From: Phoronis australis
Taxonomy: Eukaryota > Animalia > Phoronida
Length of the DNA: 64,000 bases
Direction of reading: 5' to 3'
Assembly (NCBI GenBank): GCA_002633005.1
Contig: NMRA01000217.1
Location: forward strand, 124,001 to 188,000
Shown: positions 50,512 through 61,130 of the stretch, in pieces
Layout of the letters: every line of letters begins with the position of its first letter
Numbering within the stretch: the stretch's first letter is position 1
Notes under the pieces: generated by a model
What the model saw: the letters and a program-made list of their open reading frames with translations, nothing else
Database searches by the model: none
What the model was told of the DNA's origin: nothing
Translations under genes and position numbers: made by a program

Positions 50512-53234
50512 CAGTTCTACAACGGTACGTGGGCTGAAACTAAACGCAAGTAACCTCAAGTTTCTTTGATGAACGCTGGTCATTGGCAAAAAATTTAGAT
50601 CAGGTAAAACTGCACAAGATTGGAAAATGAGAACCCAACACTGTCGTGCAGTTGGTGCTTTATTACGGTACATCGGAGATGTGAGCATGCGCAGAAGGTT
50701 GTTCCGTTCCTTAGTTTGGTATAGTTAGAGCGTGCAGTCCCGTGTGCCTGTCACTCAAGTTGTTGTGGGGATTTTGGATTGTGTTGAGAGGTACCTGTTG
50801 CTGAAACCTGGTCAAGTGTCAGACTGACTAATCACTCTCATCTGTAACCTTGAAAGTTCAGCACTAATAAAAGTGATTTTCTGATTAATTAATGTTTATT
50901 CGTAATTCTATCTGCACTTTTGATGACGAAATCGAGCGCACCTGTGCGAACTGCGTTGTGCTTCGGACGCAATAAAAATCTCGTCAGATTTCACCAAATG
51001 TTCCTTTTTACGTTTTTAGTAAATGTGTTCCATACATCAAACTATACGCGAAGTGTCTCTGTGAGCATAATTGAAACGATCACGCTTTCCCACACAGGCC
51101 TGTGAAGATTGTTAAATTAATATCTAAAGTTTCGAGTGCAACGAGATTATATTCTTTATTTCTTTTTGCTTTAAACAAGACGTAATTTATTTTGAATGCT
51201 CACTTTGATTCCAGATACGTATCGGCAAGACAAAAAGAATTGACTTATCTCAGACTATTAATGTGTCAATTAGAAGTAAATGCGTTATCATCCCCACAAA
51301 TTAAAGTCGTCACTCGTCTGGTAGCTCTCATCAACAATATCCTTTCCGCTCGCGGCAAGATGAAACGCAAATTTCCTTTGATCGTAATTATGTGTAAATA
51401 CTACTAGAACCAGCTCGAGTTTTTTCGGAGTTAATCCGTCGGAAAGAAATCTGTGTTATGACCACTGTTTATTCGTGTTGTCCCGCCATTATCTCAGGTA
51501 GCAATCTCACTCAGCATAACACGCTAGACTAAAGGCACCGAAAAGAGCCGACAAAAGGTAACGTTAAACAAATTACCTCTGTCATCAATCCACATTTTCT
51601 GCTCACTTGAAAAGCATCCCGTCGTCATGAAATGGGGATATGTAAACAGCGAATTAGTGGACCGAGTATCTACCTTTTCATTTGTGGTTGCACTCATGAA
51701 GGGGCGTCTCGCTGGGGAATTCTCACTTCAGAGGTAACGCCGTTGGTCGGCGCCGCAAACGAGTCACGTAACTGGTGAAATCCTGAATCGCTCACGAAAT
51801 AATGTTTATTCGTATTAAAGATGCCGCCAGTGCTCTTAAGGGCACAATATCGCTCCCCTGGCGCGTTAATAGCGTCGCACTTTAATTTACATCATTAAAT
51901 CCCAACTCAGCTCACTCCAATGCAAACGAAGAAATGCTTTGGTATCTTTTCGGTGCCTTTAGTCTACGGTACTGAAACTACCACCTAAGAAAATAACTGG
52001 ACAATAGAGTGGGACCGTAAAACATTTTCCTTTCTGGCGCGGTTTAACTAAGACGAAAAAATATAGCAATTCTGGTAGTATGCACACATAATCAATGCGA
52101 TATAACGAAAGCTGCAATATCCTACTTGATGGTTTGCATGGTATCCGAAAGACAATGTTACTGTACATGTAGGTCACACGTCGTTCAATATGCATTGCTA
52201 CCTTTTAAAAATTATTTCTTTAAAAATCCCGTAGTATCATCACTTCACGTCCCTCTTCCATAAAAAGCGTGCGCAAATGATTGTCTAAACCAACACGTGA
52301 TCATCGCTCGTTATAATTCACGTGAGAAAAAAGTCCACGTGTTACGAATTTTGCCAGGTTTATTCGTCGACCTGTCCAGCTGTGATGACGTGTGTTTACT
52401 CCCCCGATTAGAAACCGGTGAAACCGTAGCACTACAGAAAACTATCGACTGCATCCCATGTCTGCTAGTGTTTTTAATTAGTGTCGCCCGCTGACTCCAA
52501 TTAGTGGTTTTTCGAGGCTACAATGTCAGTGGTCGGGTTTATGCAAAAAATAAACTGGATTAAATGTGTTATTGGACCGGTGTGTCTTTCCACCATTAAT
52601 CTTCGTTAGCAAGATGTCTTGAACATTATCACCGACTCACTTACAGTAGGTCCTGTGCCAGTTCCAACTGTATAGGTCATGTGAGAACTTGGATTTGATT
52701 GCAGGTAATTACGACATGTATGCGTACTCGTCATCAGCGCGTATTAATGTAAAGCAAAATTAAACCAGTGCTTTCTGTCAAAAAACAACCGCTTTGGTTT
52801 AGGCCACTTGCCGTAATGAAATTGGTCTCAAATTGTTTCTTAGTGAGTCAAATTAGAGGTGATGTCAGGACTTGAAAAAAGTACTGAAAGTTTGTTACTG
52901 CTTGACACAAAGCTCGTAAAGTTTTAGGTCACGGCGTAAATCAAAATTTGACAGATAGCAAGTGGGTTTGCTAACCGTTAAGTTAGTTCTGCACGTATCA
53001 GCGAGGATGTCGGAGGTTTACAAAAACGGAATCTATGGTAAATGCAAATCTGTTTTGCTGATTTGAAGCATGACAGGAATATCACCCCGTGGTCGGACTT
53101 GATGTTAAAACAATTATTTCAAAAATATAATTAAAGCATGGAGCTGCGATGCCTCGTTGAGAGACCCGCTGCAAAGAAGGAATTACTTTAAAGCTAAAAA
53201 GCTGTTTAAAATTGCTGTCTTGACATTGTACTTA

Positions 53235-53530
53235 AGTCGCATTTCGCCCTGTTTATCTGACTAAAAACGAAAATTGAATTAACTCTTCTTCCCTCCTTAA
53301 CCGGTCTTGAAATATTCCTTACCGTGATAGGATTCCATTTCTGTTACTTACAGGAACAGCGACTCATCGGCAACTCAAGACAGAAAGCCTTTGAGATTTT
53401 ATATGGGTTGGTCAACCCTAACCCTTAAGTTGCGAATTTGAAAATGGCGCACGCACGTATTACTTGGGACTTTGGTTGGTAAAGGAATTCTAAAATGATC
53501 TATGTATTGTGAGACCGATTTTACAAGAGT
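53235..53530. repeat. Second copy of the 34240-34640 dispersed repeat
   Basis: Same blocks in the same order and orientation. Confidence 0.65.
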
Positions 53531-55647
53531 GACAGTCCCAATTCGATTTTCATTTTCTGCTATTAAACATGGCAAAACACAGATTTAAATTTCACGTGGT
53601 AAAAAGTAAACAAGCTGCCGCGAATGTCCAGGAATTGCCGTAAAATTGCAGGCCTATTGTTCTGTACATGCTCTAGGATTGCTTCTCAAGACAGTCACTT
53701 GGGCTGGCTGCAACGACACGGCAAATACAGTTATTCGATCTAACTAATATGAAACCAAATAAAATTTAAAATTATTCGCACAAAAATGACACTTGTTTAG
53801 ATTACTTTAAAAAAATAGGTCTCAAATATCGGATGATTTCTGTGTACACTTGCACTGTTTAACCGAGTGGCGTCCGTCCACGCATGCGCAATCTCTGTTT
53901 ACACACCTTCGACCCGACAAAGCCCAGTGGCGAGGTTCCAGGAAATCTATGGGTCAGTTTCCCTGAACCGTTTCGAATTAATCTTATAACCATAGACCCT
54001 GAACTATTGCCCGCGCCTACCAGTCATTTGGTAATGATATCTCAAGCGCAATATTGTCACAGCCGTCGTTTAACCGAATGTATAAAAAACAAACGCGACA
54101 AAATCACGTTGCGTGTGATAAACTAATGGTGGCGATTGATACTTGTCTTTTTATGTGGAACAGAACACAAGAAGCAGTGGCACGATTTATTAGCGAATGT
54201 AGTTTTATGAAAAGGAAAATGAATCTAATTAGTGTGGTACCGCAACGGCCTTTGTTTGCTTATTTATTGTGGTTCATAAAAACCCTTGCTTGGCTCGGCT
54301 TCAAACAGGGCAACACACCGCATATTTCTATAAAAAGCTTTCAACTGAGAAAAAATATCGCTAGTGTTGTTCTTAGTAGATTTCACAACACTGCACTATT
54401 GTTTGTCTGTTTAGGGAACTCATTACTGATCAAACGCACGGTATGTACTCTCCAACATTGGCACGCTTATGATTGTACTCGTCTTCTGTGGGGTTTCCCG
54501 CGTCTCTAAGATGTGACTCACCTTTAGTCAAAAGCACACGAGTATATACGGCAAGAGCAAATAAACACTTGCGTCTCTATAAAATCAGAACTATTATCAG
54601 GACGGTTAAGACACATTTTTCTGACATGCAATCCAAACATGCTGATAAATATTGTGCTACGACTAAATTTGAATGAGGTATTTCTACTTTGATCAGTATT
54701 TCGCATAGCTGTCGTTCCTCGCGATTTTTGCAATGTTCCTGTTCTTACTGACACATTCCTCGGAGGCCAGAGGTCACCGCGACACTAACGACACCTATTA
54801 ATGGTGACGTAACTCTTACATGAGTCATAATTCTCGCTTTTCTGGGGGTTTATATTTGCGGTTTTTGAAGAAAGCCTGCACAAAGTGTGTGAAAGGTAGT
54901 GCACCAGACAGCCACTGAAGCTGATCTCGAGGACAAGTGCCGGTGTTGTTACGATAGGAAAGATAATTCAAGCATTGCCAGAGGGCAAGAGCACATGCGG
55001 TAGGTAGCTTCATTTAACGTTTCTGAATGACCAACCATCATCAACTGCCTCTTTTTGTTTCTGAAAACAGACCACACACGCATTCTGTCAAAGAACAGAT
55101 GTCTTGGTAATGTTACTTCTTATCTCTAATCAAATTTCAGAGCTTTTCACAAATGAGCGCGTCGATTTACCTGAAGTGCACGTGCAAAATCACGATTGTG
55201 AAGAGACATCGAAGGTTAGCGCATGTAACGGGTAGTCTTAATTTAAAAACTTTTACTATCCGTTAAATACAATTGCAAAGAAATACGTTGCATAGAAAAA
55301 TAGTCTGAATAACGTTGATAAGGAATTGTATGACTTAGGAAGACAATTTTGATTAGAAATAATACATATTTTTCTGAAACCATGACAAGTTTGGCACTGT
55401 AAAAAGTACCTTGAACATGTATGTTGGAATACGTGATAAAACAATCGTACATGCACCTTTGAATTGCAGTTCTGGTTTTTGTAAGTGTGCGTTTCTTGTA
55501 AAACCGGTCACAAGAGGCATGATAGCTTACCGCAAAAACGCGAAACGTCATTGAATGTTTCGATTACATTTTGTCGTCTTGGAGATGATGTCTTATCGTT
55601 ACTTAAGCATTGTGTAAAAGTACTATGACATAAAGATGTCTACATCT

Positions 55648-56703
55648 GGCCTTATTCTGTTTGCATAGTATAAGAACCAAAGGCCCTTGTGACGTTCGAA
55701 ATAATGTACTCGTTGATTTCATAAAATTACAAATTCGTTGCAGGTAAACCTACCTACCGTTTCGTGAACGCATTTTCACCACAGCCCAACTTGACTTTGA
55801 AAACGTGGATGTTACGGGCTAGAAAAGTGATTTTCTGATATCAGCCTCAGCTCCGAATCGAACCCGCAACCCTGTTGTGCCGGTCGGATCTAAACCTGAC
55901 CCAATAAATGGCAGAGTACATGTAATCTAAACGTAGTTAACTGAGAAAATCACCGGCCATGATTTCAGGGAATGTCTGGTAGAGGAGAATTGTCGATAAA
56001 ATCACAAAATACAAAATAATTTGTTATTCCATAGATCTAGTCAAAGCTGATAACGACAAAAAGTCTATCCCATTCAACAACAATCTTGATAATGCCTTCC
56101 GAACCTCAAAATCTTTGGGAACTGAGATGAACATAGACCAAAGAAGCTTTCAAATTCATNGGCCTTATTCTGTTTGCATAGTATAAGAACCAAAGGCCCT
56201 TGTGACGTTCGAAAGAATGTACTCGTTGATTTCATAAAATTACAAATTCGTTACAGGTAAACCTACCTACCGTTTCGTGAACGCATTTACACCACAGCCC
56301 AACCGTGCATATTTTGTTCTTGTTTGATGTCGATTTGACTTTGAAAATGTGGATGTTATGGGCTAGAAAAGTGATTTTCTGATATCAGCCTCAGCTCCGA
56401 ATCGAACCCGCAACCTTGTTGTGCCGGTCGGATCTAAACCTGACCCAATAAATGGCAGAGTACATGTAATCTAAACGTAGTTAACTGAGAAAATCACCGG
56501 CCATGATTTCAGGAAATGTCTGGTAGAGGAGAATTGTCGATAAAATCACAAAATACAAAATAATTTGTTATTCCATAGATCTAGTCAAAGCTGATAACGA
56601 CAAAAAGTCTATCCCATTCAACAACAATCTTGATAATGCCTTCCGAACCTCAAAATCTTTGGGAACTGAGATGAACATAGACCAAAGAAGCTTTCAAATT
56701 CAT
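55648..56703. repeat. ~510-bp direct tandem duplication (55648-56159 / 56161-56703) split by a single N; probable haplotype assembly artefact
   Basis: Near-identical copies; the second has a 31-bp insertion; the junction is the n at 56160. Confidence 0.95.
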
Positions 56704-58656
56704 CCGCACCTGGTATATCTCTTATCGTGTTGCATAAAATTCCAAGATCTCTATTGTGGCCTCAAGTGATTAGCTGTGCATAGTCTTTTTATTTTACTGA
56801 TATTCGTGGGCAATAAACAAAAATATTTGTTCTAAACAAATGTAAACACGACATTGATTAATCGCATTATGGCCGTTTCACAAGGATATTTTAATAAACC
56901 TTGGCACAATACTATATGTAAGGTAGGCTCTCTCGCACTTGAATACGCGAGTTAAACACCTGCTCTGACCGAGCAATGTGCCCAGGCACACCTGTGTTCG
57001 TCCCACCTTAATAGCTAACGATACGCCTGTTTGTATCACATCTTATCGGTAACAATTTGCGAAGTGTTATGACTGGTGACCGCGGTTGACTATCAGTTAT
57101 ACAATGATTACAACCTCGGCTGTTGATGCCTGTTAATACCAGTGCGAAGTTTTTGGAAGGCTGTCCTTAGGTAGGATTTCTCATATTATTTCGCTTTATC
57201 CTGCTAAATGATGCAGTTAAAACTATGCACATGTTCAACTACCTAATTACTTTAATTCGGAGAGTAATAAACACCTGTAGCTAACCGTTTGTACTATGGG
57301 CTTAGTGGTGTAGTACAAGACAAAATAGTGTAGGGACCCTGAATATGAAGAAGAACTAAAATTTGTAAATACGATTACCTTATACTGTAACAAGAAGATA
57401 CAAAATATAACCTTAAATTTACTTAAATTTAGTCAAAAGTATGGTGAAAAATAAAATTTTACAGAGTGGAACCTTCCCTGGCAATGAAAAAGCGAGGAAA
57501 CGCCGTCCCCCGCGCCCCCCTTTGATGTAACCTTATACTGGGAAATTTTTGCCTCCAGGACGACAATTTGACATCTTTAATCACTAAAATGTGAATTCGT
57601 GTTGCCGTTCTCTTGGCGCATCTAAGATATCGCAAGGGGCCCAACCCTCATTTCGCAACTTCGGAAGGAAAAGTGCTCGCGTATCCCATCTCCCCTTGTG
57701 TCGAGTGTACTGTTAAAGAAATGTCCATCAGTGCAACTGGATAATAGAATTGTATAGCGCCTTTTTGATCAGTCAGACATTCTGTGTGTATCTTATTATT
57801 TTAAAAAATATAAGGATGAGACCACGTGTTTCATTTGATGGGTTTTAACAACTTTTACACAAACCGCTATCAATGTTAGCTATTTTGATTATGGTATAGT
57901 AAATGTCTATTGTTTGCTAATGATGATTGCAGTAAATAAAATTTTCAACTCCATTCTGACTAGATGTTCTCCAATGTCCTGGCAGCGTTTCTCTTTGTCG
58001 TGACAGCATGTTTTGGAAAACAAATTGCACACATTCCTTTGGTTTGTTTTCAAAACAGAGCGGACAAAAAGCTGTTGTCGATAGTATTATATAACAACAT
58101 TCCTGAATTAAAAATCTATGCTCATAAAATTATGCAAATTAAAGGCCAGTGTAACGTACATTCCAACGAGTAATAATCGACCACTTTGTCGAACCTCTCA
58201 AAAGTCATTGAGGTGACACTTCAGTGGTCATTACGTGAAAACAACTATTCAGCGAGACACAAAACACGCGGTATCGGACTCAGGTATGTTAAGATGATTC
58301 ATAACAGCTTTCTACGGCACCTGTGTTAATGCCTTGAAAGCTGATCCGGTGGACAAGTGATAACAATTGGCGCACGCTATAAAGGCTAACAATCACTTGG
58401 CCTACAAGTAATTGTGTTCATCGTGTTTACAATACTTTTTGTATAATGTACCTTTTGCCCTCATTTAGTAGTATTCGGTAAAACCTGGACAGGTGCCAAA
58501 GAAGAAGGTATCGGTTGTCGCTAATCGAAACCGATTACTAATAGTCTACTTATCTCAACTTATCAAGGGAATTCTGACCAAGTCATTTTGGTGACGAAAA
58601 TCGTCTTTTAAAATCTTAAGAATGACTTGTATCTCATGTGTAAAGGATTGGGCATT

Positions 58657-58900
58657 ACATGGAATATGGTGAATTTTCAAGTTTAGGAGGTGGAAACGAT
58701 TCCTTGGCCGCGCATCATCTAAACAAATTCCAGCCAGCTTCGTTCCCCTAAACACCAGTTGGGGACCGGCAAGCAATGGAAATTTCCCACAGGTTTGGTG
58801 TCCGACACTGCTGTTGGGCAAGGGGGCCTTAGCTGGAATGTGGAGATGCGGACATGGAATCGTTTCCACTCCTTGAACATTCACGGACCATGGTCCATAT
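58657..58900. repeat. Long imperfect inverted repeat (foldback)
   Basis: Perfect core gtggaaacgattcc (58690-58703) and ggaatcgtttccac (58856-58869), extending to arms of roughly 70-80 nt. Confidence 0.75.
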
Positions 58901-60549
58901 CGAGCTCTTGCAGCAGAGGCTCCCTCTTGCGTTCTTATTAGTGATTAGAAAAACGTGAACAATGATCTATGACTCATGTCACGACACCATTGTACTCAGT
59001 GAACTCCTGACCTAATAAACGTGCACCACTCGAAAGTGGTGTATTTTTTCAAGGAAACCGTTATCTGAAATTGTAGAGGTCTATGATACCACTCTAGCTT
59101 GACACAGTTTGTGGCATTGTGAGTTATCTTACAACACTCTCACACAGACATTAATATTTGAACGAACCGAATCTAGTCCAGGGACCAGGCATAAATATAT
59201 GTATTTAAGTGTAAACGTGTTTTTAACCTCTTTATTTTGGGTCCTATTTTCATGTACTACACCAAAAGCTGTTTTCGTCTCGGCTCTCAATGTCCTCACA
59301 CTGTCGATTCTTTGCAATAAACTTTACACCCTGTGAGTCCGCATAGGTGGCTTATTTACATGTAAGCCTATAGATACATATATGTGCAACCCACGGAGAG
59401 ACTTTTTCTCTAATTACTATTTACACGCGTCACGACGAACACTTGTTTAACGGGATATGAAATATGAGTCTACAATTTTGATTTCTTATTAAAATAGCTC
59501 AATGGTTAGCCACACAAGATTCTGTATCTGTAACCAATTAAAATTTTCCCACATGAACGATCATGTACATGACTAAGTGTAGAAACCGCGATTTGATTAC
59601 ATATGCTTCAAGTTTGTAATAAAACTAGCAGCTCAAATTGATCACACGTTTGAAATTTAATTGAATTCCTTTCTAATATTACTTCTGAAAAATAAACAAA
59701 AGTGGCCCAAACGAATAGCCGAGATTCACGTAAAACCGGTCAAATAGATATCGGTTGTCCCGACACTGTCTACAAGCCAATCACAGGTAAGCGATTTATC
59801 TACCTCGAAATATTTAGCTATTTGAATTATCGCTTTCCCAGTATCAACTTTTATTACAAACTGTGGACAAATGTTTGTTTACAGTTAACCTGGCCAGTCG
59901 TCCAGCAGCAGACGTGCTGCGGTGTGTTGGTTAAACATATTCATTGCGGGGGAGGGCAAATATTATTGTGTTCGAGTGACTGTTTTGTAATTACCGCGCG
60001 CTGATCGTCTGGCCAGTAACCAATCGAGAGAAGATCGCATAAAAGCGTTGATGTCCCAGAATTGATTCATAACATTTTACAACCCGGCACACGTAACTTG
60101 GTAGTTTTACAGGGACTCATCTGTATTCTATCTGAGGGAGCTATTGTTATGAGGTTTGTCTGAGTTTTTATTTAATGTATGCAAGAGGATCCGAAAGTGC
60201 ATACGATTTAGGTTTAATGTTTCTAGAATTGCTGTTTTGTCGTATTTTTATCACCATTCACTGGAATTAAATCTCATGAGGCAATTTTGTGTTTAATGAC
60301 GGGGTTGAAAAGTGTTCGTAGAGGCAAACGGGAAATTTACCAGGACGTGAATGACTTGTTGCCGATATTTCATTTGGCGTCGGTGCTTTACTGTTGGTGT
60401 TAAAAGTCACAAATGTTCATAATCTTTACTTACAACGAACTTTCGACCAATGGTTATCATTCGATTTATTTTTCCACTGCTTTTCATTACAGAAACTTTC
60501 CGCTCCAAAAGTGAAGTCAACTGGCAAAAGTCGATAACGCTACCTCAAA

Positions 60550-61130
60550 ATGATGAACGCTTATGACCTGCACGACTTGTCGGAATATTCCATGGATTTC
60601 CCGAACACGTTGGACTATACTTTCGAACCAATGAACAACAACAACAATTACTTCCCTAGAGTTGAGAAAAGGTCTCGCGATTCTGGATTCTTTGGATTCG
60701 GAGATGCAGCTGATACCGTGCATTCACAGATGGACCTGCCACCGAACCAGTGGTTCAGTGGTCCGAAAGCCGTTCCCGTAAGCCATTGTGGGGATTGCAA
60801 ACCTGAGGACTTGAGTTTTAATCAAGACGAAGACAGTTGGGCCTTGAATGATTTAGAACCGTCACTTTTCCCCGAACCTATGACTGTAAACACGCACGAT
60901 GCGGCTTTCAGGCGCCATTCAGCTCCTGTTGGCAGCTCGCAGACAACAGTGGGGCAGCTGTACCAAGAGCAGACTACGTATCCCACGCGACCGTACTCTC
61001 GCGACTCGCTGCTGGAATCCATGCCTTCACCGGCTTCTTCCGTTACCTCCTCCGTATACAGCTCGGAAAACTTACTAAGTTCTTGTGAGGATCTGCTGGT
61101 CGCGAGTCATGATGAACTGGAGGACGATAG
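60550..61130 (+). CDS. ETS gene first coding exon (acidic, Ser/Pro-rich, transactivation-like region)
   Basis: 194-aa ORF ending at donor AG|gtaagt at 61131. Confidence 0.75.

Noticed and set aside
50640-50920. Solo-LTR-like segment with AATAAA
   Set aside because: I could not define TG...CA ends with a TSD or find a second copy.
53415-53426. aaccctaaccct telomere-like repeat
   Set aside because: Only two units, as expected by chance.
55845-55900. tRNA gene
   Set aside because: Only a B-box/T-arm-like piece is present; there is no acceptor stem or cloverleaf.
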